Source: Tubiluchus corallicola (lineage: Eukaryota; Animalia; Priapulida). From it: DNA of 64,000 nt. The stretch's first letter is position 1; each line of letters opens with the position of its first letter. The stretch spans positions 186,001 through 250,000 of the forward strand of contig JAQGDQ010000114.1 of the NCBI GenBank assembly GCA_030141605.1. The letters run 5' to 3'. The notes under the pieces are model-generated. The model was not told where the DNA came from. It was given only the letters and a program-made list of their open reading frames with translations, and made no database searches. Made by a program: the position numbers and the translations under genes. Of the stretch, positions 1-11,309 are shown piece by piece.

Positions 1-90
1 TGGATACACTGCAACAGGGTCCAACTTGCGCTGATTTAAAGTATACAAGGTTATCACGCAGATTTGAATTAAAAATATCCATGTAAGCAT
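1..90 (-). CDS. Possible N-terminus of a gene running off the left edge (MLTWIFLIQICVITLYTLNQRKLDPVAVYP, signal-anchor-like), divergent from NKAPD1
   Basis: ATG at 90, open to the window edge; hydrophobic N-terminal segment; CpG-richer stretch at ~120-200 upstream. Too short to identify. Confidence 0.25.
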   Translation of the reverse strand, partial: MLTWIFLIQICVITLYTLNQRKLDPVAVYP

Positions 91-593
91 GCTGCATCAG
101 AAAACAATGCGCATCTTTAACTTCCAAGTCGTGCGGATCGGGAAATTAGTCGATTTGCTTCCCTGGCGTCTTGCGTGAAACCGTGCGCGATGATGGGCCG
201 TCTTGTATTTTTATAACTACGGTAATCACTTTTATTACGAAATTTAATTCTGAATTTATTTATTATTGTGAGCAGCGTAGATTTGCAATTATTCCGATAT
301 TTTTTCATGAAGTAATTGTGACCAAAGTTTATTATCGCTAGCTATCTAATAGTAGTGGCGCTGTTTCCCTTCGAAATCTTGTTTTTTATACAAGTTCATA
401 GACTATAGATAGTAAAAAGGTTGGTACACCACACTATAGCTACACGTATTTGTCATTGTTTTTTGGATTCCTGATATAATACCTGTACTTGCGAGATAAA
501 CATACAGTAATAATTTTTGTACGATTTTTATACACATTTTTTGGAGATTACGAAATTTGCAGTAGTGCAAATGTTTTAAAAAATATATTTTTG

Positions 594-691
594 CAGCCAA
601 GTAGTAGTTTCTCTTCTGCTGTTTGCAGGTTCCTCATGTGGTCAGCCAAGTAGTAGTTTCTCTTCTGCTGTTTGCAGGCTCCTCATGTGGT
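594..691. repeat. Tandem duplication, 2 x 49 bp
   Basis: cagccaagtagtagtttctcttctgctgtttgcaggYtcctcatgtggt at 594-642 and 643-691, one mismatch. Confidence 0.95.
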
Positions 692-904
692 ATATAGTTA
701 TTATTGTTGAATGCAATTATATTACTTTAGGTTTTTTGTAAAAAACTTAATGCCTTTAAGCCTGCTTTGGCTAAATTTTACAGTGACAGCCTACACTTAA
801 AATGGATCTGCAGGAGCTTTGTGATGTTCACCACTCAGGCGAGTTTTCTTGCTTTAATTTTCTAACTTTAAGGTTCTAGCCTTTAGTGATATTCGTGCTA
901 CTAC

Positions 905-1243
905 TTGTTACTTAAGAGAAAGAAGAAGTCACTCAGTATGTTGGGTTTATTTTACTGTTATTATTTAAAAAATATAAAGAAATTTGCAAAGAACTGCCTA
1001 CAAATCATAAATTTGAAATCTACTACCTCTGAATACAAATTTTCAGGCGTGGTGTTTGCCGCCATTCACTTGAAAATCATGACATAACTGGGAGACTTCG
1101 TGGCTTTCCGTAAGCATGTGCTGCTTAAAGTAATTTTCAGGCGTGGTGTTTGCCGCCATTCACTTGAAAATTATGACATAACTGGGTGACTTCGTGACTT
1201 TTCGTAAGCTCGTCGTGGCTTTCAGTGAACATGTGCTGCTTAA
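905..1243 (+). mobile_element. Dispersed non-autonomous repeat (DNA-transposon-like) with an internal ~95 bp tandem duplication (1038-1131 / 1132-1243)
   Basis: aattttcaggcgtggtgtttgccgccattcacttgaaaatYatgacataactggg occurs twice; the segment aligns by eye to the reverse complement of ~35085-35300. Confidence 0.7.
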
Positions 1244-1812
1244 GCTAATTCAAATTTCTGCAGCTTACCTAATGTTCACTCAAAAATATTACAAAATATT
1301 ACAAAAGTGATTTTACTAGTTACACGATGTGCGTATTGCAGTTTTATTACTAAATCCTTCTAACATTTTTCGCAAACATTAAAATTTATGTAATACTACT
1401 TAAGACTCCTAGAAGGCTTAGCCTTTCCTTTAACTAGTCTTAAAAAAGTTAAATTGATAAATTTTGATATTTTGTGGTAAATAAGGTACTGTTCTTACTA
1501 TTTTATTACTTATTATGTGAAGTCTGAGCACTGTCTAAGTGATTAGTTACTATAAATTGGAAAAATCTAAATTCTAAGATTTGCCGGCAGTGTCAAGTCT
1601 TTATGCTTCACCTTCACCGTGAAAACAAGTAGGGTTTTTTCTAGTGGGTATAATTGTTTCAATAAACACAGCTAGCAATCACAATTCTATACAATCTAGT
1701 TTACATTTTAAAATTGGTTTAATATTTGAGTAGTAACATTTTTTATTCAATTTTAGATATTGGATTCACTTGATACAAATTTCTTGCTACATATGATTGT
1801 CGGGAGTGTAAT

Positions 1813-2301
1813 ATGGTTACAATTTCACAAGATGGTAAGCAACTTTTAAAAAATGTCATTCGCCATACTGATACTCACAATAAGTTACAAGAAGAGGAAG
1901 AAATGTGGAGAATTCACAGAAAGAGAAAGTACATGAGAAAACACAGAGATTGTTCAAAAAATACTGATGAAAAGAGAACAAAACGTGAAAAGAGGTCTGA
2001 AAAGTCTACAAATTCCAAGCCCAGTAGTTTCTTCTATAGCAGGAAACTTATGGAACTTGAAGAGAATGACAAGGATAGATGGGCACATACTGGGTATCGT
2101 GAGTTGTACCCTGAAGAATTTAATTCAGATCTCACTCCTCATGTTAAGTTGAATTTATCCAAGAAACTGAAGAAAAAATCAAAGGCACATAAAAAATGTA
2201 AGCATAAAAAGTGTGATAAACTGAAGAATGGTATGACTAAATCAAACAAAAAATCCAAACGAAAATCGAAATCATCAACTAAGGAAAAAGTACAGCTGTA
2301 A
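1813..2301 (+). CDS. NKAPD1: NKAP domain-containing 1 (C11orf57-like), 162 aa, single coding exon
   Basis: GKQLLKNVIRHTDTHNKLQEEEEMW and DRWAHTGYRELYPEEF match the conserved blocks of vertebrate C11orf57/NKAPD1; Lys-rich tail; upstream acceptor ttttag at 1751-1756 suggests a 5' UTR intron. Confidence 0.92.
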   Translation: MVTISQDGKQLLKNVIRHTDTHNKLQEEEEMWRIHRKRKYMRKHRDCSKNTDEKRTKREKRSEKSTNSKPSSFFYSRKLMELEENDKDRWAHTGYRELYPEEFNSDLTPHVKLNLSKKLKKKSKAHKKCKHKKCDKLKNGMTKSNKKSKRKSKSSTKEKVQL

Positions 2302-3094
2302 ACATTTGATGTGGTTTGTTTTTTAGTGTAATGCCAATGAATAAACTTTTTGTGTAGCTAATGGAATAAATGATTTTTAGAGCTTGTCCTCTGTTTAAAG
2401 ATAATTGTGCTAATTTTAAATCAAGTTGTACGTGAACTATATAAACGTGTGCATAATCCTTTTCAATTCCTATTGGAAAATAAATAACTTTTTTACTTTT
2501 GCATGCATTGTTTAATTGTTTCTTATACCTGGATAGTAAACATGTGGAGTTTAAAGATACATAATTATAAAATTTATTTGTTAACAGATTGCTATAATAC
2601 TCACTGGGAACAATCACCTTTAAAAGTACCGTTTCTAATGCAAAATTTAGTTAGAGTTGCTGTGATAATAAACTAACACATTGCACCATTATTATTTGTA
2701 ATCTATAAATGTTGTAGGATTAATGATTAGACATGTGAAGTAATTTGTAATAAACATATTTTAACAGTAGCTTTTGCAGTTGGCTTGTTGTACACATGTT
2801 ACTATTTAAGGTAAGTTAAATGTTAAGTATTGTTTTATTTGCAAAGTGTGGAGTAAATACTGTAAATCAGTTTGTTGATGTTTATATTCTCTTGCAGTTT
2901 ACCTGTCATTAGCTTATTGTCACACTTAGTCTAATCATAGATCATCACCTGATCTATACATCTTTTTGTACTGTGTTTTAATTTGATCACCAAAGCATAA
3001 GATATGCATGGTATAGGCTTATACCAGTCGGTTTATACATGCAATCATTAAACTAATGACAAATCAACGACAAAGAATAAGAGAAAATTGTGAC

Positions 3095-3161
3095 TCAACC
3101 ACGACTCGAACACAGAACCTTAATTTACAAGACACATGCTCACCTGTTTGAGCTACTGCCT
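3095..3161 (-). mobile_element. tRNA-derived (Thr-TGT-like) SINE head or pseudo-tRNA
   Basis: Minus strand ggcagtagctcaaacaggtgagcatgtgtcttgtaaattaaggttctgtgttcgagtcg: A-box, CTTGTAA loop and GTTCGAGTC B-box, but the acceptor stem does not close. Confidence 0.55.
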
Positions 3162-3245
3162 TGTGTGTGTGTGTTGTGTGTTTGTTTGTGTGTTTGTGTG
3201 TTGTGTGTGTGTGTGTGTGTGAGTGTGTGTGTGTGTGTGTGTGTG
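3162..3245. repeat. Imperfect (GT)n microsatellite
   Basis: Seen directly. Confidence 0.95.
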
Positions 3246-4991
3246 CATGAGCTTGCACGCATGCGCGTATAAGTAGATGTTCCATATTTGTGTAATTGTG
3301 CACATTCAATTATCTGTGCGACCGGTGTTAACCTAATTAAAGGTAAGTCATCATAATTAATTTTGTCACGTTGGTTTTGAAACATATGTTTAGATGACAA
3401 ATTTTATTTTTGTTTTCACGTTAACTTAAAAATTTTATATAACTTATGAATTAACATACCTGCAGGAGTACTTTTTGGAGAATTTGTTTTTTGCCAGGTA
3501 AGATAATTGGTCCATAATACTGACAAAACACACTTGTGGAACTAACCGTACCATATTTTTGAGTAATCTACTGTTTAAAATGTGCTTCTACATTTGTGCT
3601 GCAGGCTGTCATTTTCAGGTAAAGTAATCAATGTAATTACAGGTAATACAAATCTAAAGTTTTGCGACTGTAATGTCACAGCTGTATAATTTGTACACAG
3701 TTTAGATAGTTGTAAGTGTTGCATAAAGCTGTACACTTCGATGTTGCTAAATTTGATTGAACAGCTAAATTAACAAACATTGTTAATTATGACATTGTGA
3801 CAGCTTTAGTAATTTAACCTAGGCATACTGTTTTGGTTGTATCAAGTAAATCAGCTGCTCTTATTAATTGCAGTCTATATACTAACCCAATATGAGAAGA
3901 TGCAGAAACTTAAACAACAGCAGTTTTTTTTTCTACAATTCATGTGCACAAGAAGATAAGGCTTTACTTTTTAATTGATTTTACTAATAAAAAGTAATTT
4001 TTAAGCAAATAACATAACAGTAATCGGTAATCGAGTATCATATTACACCTAAATTTTTTGCTGTTTTGTTTGATTTACATTTGATTTAGTTTTTTAAAGG
4101 TTTAATTCATTATATATTTTTTCTCGACACCTTTAGTCGTTGATGTTATTATTATAAAATTTCAGTTTTGTTTTTTTATTTGTTTTATATGATTTAGTTA
4201 CATTTAGCTTAGTTTTTCTTTGGTGTAATTTATTATATTCTCTTTCACGACATCGTTTTTGTTTTTGCCTGATATTGAAGTTAATACTCAAGTTGTGTTA
4301 AAACTTTTTTGTTCGCTTGGCATGATTTACCGTATATACGTGTGTACAAGTCGATGTGCATTTTAAGACCAAAAATTGCATCATTTTATATATTACCTGT
4401 GTACAAGTCGACCATAAAATATTAAGGTCTTCCAGAGTAAATGATGTCATTAATGGCCGATTAATAAATCGGTAGCCCTCTGTGTTAGTGTGTAATATAC
4501 GTGCAAGTGCCTGGGCCGAGTATATTATACCCACCCGATGCATATGTATATATTTATATATGCCCATATTGAGGGCATTACTAAAATGAGTTACAGTAAT
4601 ATTTGTTAATTTTGTGAAGTAATGTCAAGATGCGAACATTCTCTGATGTGAAGTATCAAAGTATGAGTGTTCATGCAGTCCAGCGTATAATGAAGGAATT
4701 TATTTACATATTCGTATTGTAGACGACTCTTGGGCGACAGGTCTCAAAAACATATCGTAAGTATAGGTCGACCCCAAAAAAAATTCGACTTGACGGTAGT
4801 TCAAAATTGTAAATTTTGGTTACTTAAATTATTTTTATGTTCTACAGTATTACGCTTCCCAGCATTTAATTACCAATTACACACGTCATACTAAAAATAT
4901 AAAATTAAATTGAGAACAGTGCCTAAATTAATTTTATTCAGACTAGATTACCTACTGGTTCTTCGCTGCTCTTTGCTTCAAACATATTGTA

Positions 4992-5923
4992 CGTGTTGGG
5001 AGCCGTTTGGACCACTGCGCCAAGTAGACCACTTGATGCGCTAAAAGTAGTGTCCTACATGGGCAGCCCAAGTAGGACACTAGCGAGTTTTGTCGAGAAA
5101 CTTGCTCTGGCAAAACTTGTTTCCAGTTTATATTACCATTGTTTATAAGTATTGTTATGACATAATAAAGCATGAAACAAAATTTCTTTTAGAAATGGAT
5201 ATTCCTTGGCAATTTACAAATGCATTTCTTACAATCATTTCATCATTATGATTAACTCCATTAATATATCATAACATTAAACCTAGTATCTAATGCTTTA
5301 AAGAGAGAAATTCTGCACACAGTTATTACAGAAATAATTGCAAATTTAAAAATGAGACAGATGCTGCTAAGCCTTCACAACACCAAAAAGTAATTTTTAA
5401 CATTTAAGAAAAGCAAGGATAATTAGTTTTAATATTATCAGTAGTATTGTAACATGTAGGGCACTGTCCTACATGGCTCGCTAGCCCATGTAGGACACAT
5501 AGATCGCTAGAACGTTTACTTATAAGAAAACAATTATTTGCCCAAGAGGTAGTGAAACGGATCACCTGTTTGTGAAGCGAGACAAAATCAAAAATGATAT
5601 ACCTTAAACAAATGTTGAATTCGCAAAAAAGTGAGGTCTTTTCGCTTCAATAACATTAATATCGAAACCAAATTTAATATTGTCCGTTCTACCAGCTCAG
5701 AATAAAATTCTTTTATTTTATTAGATGTATAATAAATTATTCAACGTGTATTAACGTTTTTAATTATTATTATTACATAAACAAGCACAACGGACGGTGT
5801 CAGTACACTTAACGACTGAATTCACGACCTGTCTCTAGTGTCCTACTTGGGCAGCCCAAGTAGACCGCGGTCTACTTGGCGCAGTGGTCCACTTGGCGCA
5901 GTGGTCCAAACGGCTCCCAACAG
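4992..5923. mobile_element. MITE (~930 bp) with 32 bp perfect terminal inverted repeats, TA-flanked (Tc1/mariner/pogo-type)
   Basis: tgttgggagccgtttggaccactgcgccaagt (4994-5025) is the reverse complement of 5891-5922; internal palindromic gtgtcctacWtgggcagcccaagtag motifs at ~5050, ~5465 and ~5838. Confidence 0.88.
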
Positions 5924-6108
5924 TACGTATTGTTTATACTGTGACTGAATAATACTTGCGGAGTTAATAAAAATAATTGAATTGAAGCAAAATGTCGCGA
6001 GAATTTAACATAAATTGACTATTCTGACTATATTGGCCTCTAGCTTCATAATGAAATGAGCACACCATAAATTGCGTTGTAAGCACTAGATTCGGCGTAA
6101 CGAATATA

Positions 6109-6139
6109 TACATTTCCTGAACTACATACATATACATAC

Positions 6140-6173
<34 letters not shown>

Positions 6174-6204
6174 GTATGTATATGTATGTAGTTCAGGAAA
6201 TGTA
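6109..6204. repeat. Near-perfect ~96 bp palindrome with (TACA)n/(TA)n/(TGTA)n core
   Basis: tacatttcctgaactacatacatatacataca ... tgtatgtatatgtatgtagttcaggaaatgta. Confidence 0.9.
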
Positions 6205-6678
6205 CAGTTCAGTGTTTGTCAGAGTTGCAAACACCCAAACAAGACTTTAGTGGTCATTTACTGATATTTATTGAATTCGCAATATTGACGAACAATCTGT
6301 AATCAATATATCTTGACGTTTTTATTGCGCACATACGCGAGTAAAAAGAGTAAAAATGGTGATTGTTCTGTTTAAAATTTGAGACTAGCTCCAGGATAAA
6401 TCTACCAAATTTTCATGTTGCAGTTGGCAAGTTCGTAGCCGATGGTAAACAAAATAGTGGAGAATGACTTGAGATGTTTTTCAAGCTCGACTCTTTTGCC
6501 TAAAAAACTCGGTTCAGTTAGAAAAATCATTAAGGAAGAAGTTGATGTAATTGCATCAATAATAATTTGGTTGGCTTCAATTTTTCATATGACGCTTCAT
6601 AAATTATTTGATCGATAATATATATGCTGTGTATGTACGAAATCTGTCTACTAATCAGTAAATAGCTACAACGGAGTG

Positions 6679-6930
6679 ATGGGTGTGGCTGCAGCTATTA
6701 TTGTGCCGACAATATTTTGGTTGTTGGTTGGTGGTGGCGCTCCGTGGATTGTACCAAAGGGACCAAACAGAGGCATTATACAAACGATGTTGGTTTTAAC
6801 TGCAGTGTGTTGTTATTTATTTTGGTTAATGGCATACCTTCACCAGTTGAATCCATTGTTTGGACCTCAGTTACACAATACTACAGCAACAGTTGTTCAG
6901 ATGGTGTGGGGAGACGGAATTCCTAAATGA
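6679..6930 (+). CDS. ATP6V0E: V-type proton ATPase subunit e (V0 e / M9.7), 83 aa, intronless CDS
   Basis: [44 protein letters not shown] is the diagnostic subunit e signature; ATG at 6679 (the ORF-track start 6676 is a GTG). Confidence 0.96.
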   Translation: MGVAAAIIVPTIFWLLVGGGAPWIVPKGPNRGIIQTMLVLTAVCCYLFWLMAYLHQLNPLFGPQLHNTTATVVQMVWGDGIPK

Positions 6931-7688
6931 GCTGTATCTAGTTCGCAAAAATGCTTTAGTGGTTGCATACTAATTGATCATAATTATGGGCTGGCAATTT
7001 AGTTAGTTATGTATCAAGATTTTAAAAATTTCTGGTGGTTCAACATTGTTTGATTTCTTTTGTTACTTTTTATAATAGGTAATTAATTTTATTATAGTTA
7101 CTATTGATTGTCGTCTGCTCTGATACTCGATGTTGATTAATGTTTTGTACATAAAAAATTCAACCATAATTTCAACCATTTTGGCTTCTTAAAAAGAAAA
7201 GTCAAGTGCACTATTGTATGTAGAATGAACAACTCATGTGGAAGAACAAACTAAACATTTATACTCAATTATCAGCTATTATTAGTTCCTTGTATTATAT
7301 TAGTTTTGTTGTTTCCATTAGATACATGTCTCATTGTGTTTAGTCTTTACTTTCATTCCGTTGGTGCAGTTGGCGTTTAAACTTGTAATGTTGTGTTATT
7401 GCAATATCAGTTTAAGTAGCATTAATCGTATTGCTTCTTTTGTTGTGATGTATGTATGAATACCTCAGAAGGTACAATTTTTTTTGTTTTTTAATTTCTG
7501 TAAATTTAATTAGGAATTATTATTCTCTCAAAGCTTAAAGTTATTAGCTATCCTGTGTTGTTGTGATTTATTCCACACTTATTTCCTGTATTTTAGGTCT
7601 TTGTCATAAGTCGAATCTCATTTGTGCTGTTTGAAAGACTGGACATCTCTTTAGTACAGTTGTGTTTGTCAAGATATTTCCAACTAAA

Positions 7689-8456
7689 ATGGCTTCAGCT
7701 GATTCTGGTAGTATCTATCTAGCAGAAAATTATCATTCCACAGGTGCATGGTTTGAACATTCTCGTTATCAAAGGTACTGGCAACACTACAGAGATGTGT
7801 GGCAATGGTTTCAAGTTCATCGGAACTCTCACCATCTCGTTGACGATGATTACACACAGTTTAATGTAAAAGAGGCTTATGTTAGCTACTGGAAACAGTA
7901 TAATGAATATTTACAACATTATATCCATTGGTTCAATTGCGCGTACTTTCAGCAAATTGGCCCATGTCATGATTTATACCATCCAGTTAATGATGAATCT
8001 TCTCAAAGTTTAGACAGCTTTGTTAGATCAGAACAGCCGTATAGGATAAAGCCAGTCGAATTTCCAACTGACAGTGAAAGCTATCTAAATTCAGATTTTG
8101 CAGTCTCTGATCAGGATGACATGCCACTTGAAATGGAAATAACGGAAGACATGAAAATTTTTTTTGAGATTTCTGAAAAGCATCGCAAGGAAAGAGAACT
8201 AGAAAAGAAACTGCTTGCCGAGGGATCACAGGACAAATATATCTTAGCAGAAGATGTTTCCTCTTTACACATCAGAGGTACAACAAAAGCACCTGCAGAA
8301 CAATTAGGCGCAAAGAGAATAGCAGAAATGAAAGAACTGTATGGAACAGGTGCTGCTATGATACATGGCATGGAAACTTCTTTGCAGCTTACTTTTGATA
8401 GGAACTGTGATCGCAAGCAACCAAAACTATGGCCAAGTATCCCAATAAATTTATAG
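7689..8456 (+). CDS. GEMIN8: Gem-associated protein 8 (SMN complex), 255 aa, single coding exon
   Basis: N-terminal WF..SRYQRYWQHY; MEITEDMKIFFEISEKHRKER; EMKELYGTGAAMIHGMETSLQLTFDRNCDRKQPKLWPSIPINL C-terminus typical of Gemin8; acceptor atttcctgtattttag at 7581-7596; first ATG at 7689. Confidence 0.94.
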   Translation: MASADSGSIYLAENYHSTGAWFEHSRYQRYWQHYRDVWQWFQVHRNSHHLVDDDYTQFNVKEAYVSYWKQYNEYLQHYIHWFNCAYFQQIGPCHDLYHPVNDESSQSLDSFVRSEQPYRIKPVEFPTDSESYLNSDFAVSDQDDMPLEMEITEDMKIFFEISEKHRKERELEKKLLAEGSQDKYILAEDVSSLHIRGTTKAPAEQLGAKRIAEMKELYGTGAAMIHGMETSLQLTFDRNCDRKQPKLWPSIPINL

Positions 8457-10509
8457 ATTTTTATGCATACACGTGCGCTGCGAAGTTGCTCATTTCTTTC
8501 TTTACAGTGACACTAAATTTTGAATTGCCATCTATTACTTGATTTGTTCTTTTTGACTATAATTTCAGTTGTAATCATTTTGTTTACCTTTCTTGATTTA
8601 TTTGATTGATATAGTACATGAACTATATGTACATTGTTCCGATTGATTGTGATTTTGTAGTGCTTCTAGACATTGCCAGGCAGTTCAAAAGAACACATAC
8701 GTGATATTTGTTGTAATATGTGTAACTGTATGTATTATAGATTATGATGTTGAATTTGCTAAACTTATTTCACAATGTACAAAAATGTAAAATATAATTA
8801 CAACATGAATATTCATGCCCACTATTATTTGTTGTTGCACTACCTTTACTGTTATGAATTGATGATACAAACATTACCACAACTTTTTGATGAAGTAGTT
8901 CAGCACAATTGCATATCCCGTGTCAACCCTATCCATTTCAATAAACTCATGAATTATGTAGGCATTTATAAATTCTAGTGTTGTCAGAGAGACAATAGCA
9001 GTATGTTCTAAAATAATTCTGGATTTAAATTTTTGAAACTGCTGCAGTCAGCAAAACATGAAGTTTTAAACTGCATAATATTGTATGGCTGAGCCTAAAA
9101 GTTTTGTTTTTAATACTTTATGGAAATTAAAGGTTTGTAGTTTTTCAGTTTTTTCCATGAAAATTATACAAGAAATTTACAGGAAATCAGACATAAATGT
9201 GCAAGTATATATTATTAGGATTCATTTCTCAGTTTCTTCAATATTGATGATGGACTTAGCATGATGTCATCAGTGGCATACAGCTAAAAAAAGCAGAGGG
9301 AAGGAATGCCCTTGGCTGCATTTTGATCAAACAGTAGGGATTGTCGGAACAGTAGAAATGCATTACAAAACCTATATACTGTGGGTGCAGTACACAAATT
9401 GTCTAATTTACACATTGAAAATTGTAGGCATAGTGACGTATAAATTGTCTGTCATGGCTTCTGCGTCTAGTGTTGTAGGCATTGGAATTGTTTACATTTT
9501 TGTTGTTTTAGAAATCGTTCAAGTTTACAGATCAGCTTTTTTATGCCTGCATGTGATTTTTATAACATTAATTTATCAAACATTTTAAACATTGTTCGGC
9601 GTGTTTGTGTATTTTTCTTAACAGAAGGTAAAATGCCTGACAATTTAATTTTCCACGAAAACACTGCTTGTAGCACTTACTGCTAACAGTTTGCTAGTTG
9701 CTACAAAGGAAGGTGATAATTAGTGATTTAGTATTTTTGTAATATTTACACAGATTTTCTCTTGTTTTTACACGTTTATTGTAAACTGCATTTATAATCA
9801 TGTTCTTTCCTGCATTAACATTTGAAGAAACGTCTGAGTGGGTGTGCTGTAGCTTTTTACATACAAGCAGAATTTTACGACTTCACAAACAATTTTTTTT
9901 TGTAGTGCTTTATTATTTTATTAATCTCCACAACTGACTTGTTATACATGTAACGCAATACGCTTCAATTTTACAAATCTAGAATCACAACGATGTTGAT
10001 ATCTTGTAATTTTGACATGCACTAGCTATGCCATTCGATGTCATCAGAGATTACAAGCAAAAGTAAGCCAAGAGAATAGTAATTTTTACCCAATAATTCG
10101 TAAATGTGGCCTATTGCACGAAGGTAAAACAAAACATACTGGTCGAAACTGCATAGGCATGAGTGATAACTAATGTATGTTACACTGTTACTACTACTAC
10201 AAAATGTCTCTGTTCCTTGCTTTCTATTTAACCTATTATTACTTTTACACCTTGCACTTCTGAATCCAAGACTGATAATGTTAAAAACCTGCATACAGCA
10301 GGTGAAGTTTAACTTTGACCACTTGATATTGATTATTGTAACATTTATGTGAAGATTATTATTAGTGATGTTACAAAATCATGATTAAGTTGTGACATTA
10401 AACTTGACCACAATACAAGAAAAAGGAAATAGAAAAAGTTTGAATGCTGGCTGGCTTTGAACCAATATTACAAGATAGCAACATCGTTGTGATTGCGTTA
10501 CATGTGCAA

Positions 10510-10715
10510 CAAGTAAGGACCTTCTGCTTACATTTCAGATGCCTTAGACCACTAGGGTACTGCATTCCCCAGTGGTCAAGGCAGTCCAAATTGCAGTTTC
10601 ATTCCTTACATAACTTATCAACCAAATTCAGCATTTCCAGTATTATAATGTAGTGGCTCAGTGGTACAAGCGTCTGTAATGTAACTAGAAGGTCCCTCAT
10701 TCAAAAACATGGTAT
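10510..10715. mobile_element. Repeat with two divergently oriented tRNA-like segments
   Basis: Minus copy ~10512-10565 and plus copy ~10648-10710 (tagtggctcagtggtacaagcgtctgtaatgtaactagaaggtccc); the left arm and spacer recur at 21652-21795. Confidence 0.55.
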
Positions 10716-11059
10716 TCCAATTTTTCACATTTCCTCTCTCAAGTTTTGTATCAAAATTTAATTAATTGTGAGTTTAAAATCCTTACACTGGTTTATTTTT
10801 TTTAAAAATCAAATAATATAAAATTATAGTCTATCAATAAAAATGAACATAGCAAAGTTATTAAAAATTAACAGTGTTAAATTATGAAGCTACCAACAAA
10901 AGATTATTTTTCTTAGTGTATATATTCACGAAAAACAAAGTTTCTTATATTTGGGAAAATAATAATTAAATGGCATTGAATTGTATTGCTATAGTATATA
11001 AATGTTAATTAGTAAAAAGGCCTTTCCTGCTTTTAGAAATTTACAACTACGTTTAACGG

Positions 11060-11309
11060 TTAAATTTTGGCACATACGTGTTCAATATCGTCAATGCAAT
11101 CAATTAATTTTTCTGATTTATCGATATCTTGTGAAAACCAATACTTTTCTGCCCGACTGACAATGCGTGGTTTAGAGCTGGCGTTGGAATTTGACGTCTC
11201 GTAATCGAGGAACAATGTTTTGTATAAGATGAAGCGTGAAGATGGTAGTCCTGACGGGAGAATTCCTGAGTGAATTCTTACATCCATGTAACAGTATGGA
11301 GCAATGTCC
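11060..11309 (-). CDS. Exon 2 of uncharacterised ABM/dimeric alpha-beta barrel-like protein
   Basis: Acceptor actttttacag at 11320..11310; phase-2 join gives (R)DIAPYCYMDVRIHSGILPSGLPSSRFILYKTLFLDY...CAKI*; AATAAA at 10797..10792. Confidence 0.8.

Noticed and set aside
1-114. In-frame TGA in MRIVF*CSMLTW as a possible selenocysteine
   Set aside because: No selenoprotein homology and no SECIS visible; better explained as a short uORF
3064-3400. HT-rich and CV-rich ORFs of 60-86 aa
   Set aside because: Translations of the (GT)n microsatellite
8023-8416. Minus-strand ORFs of 68 and 101 aa
   Set aside because: Antisense shadows of the GEMIN8 CDS
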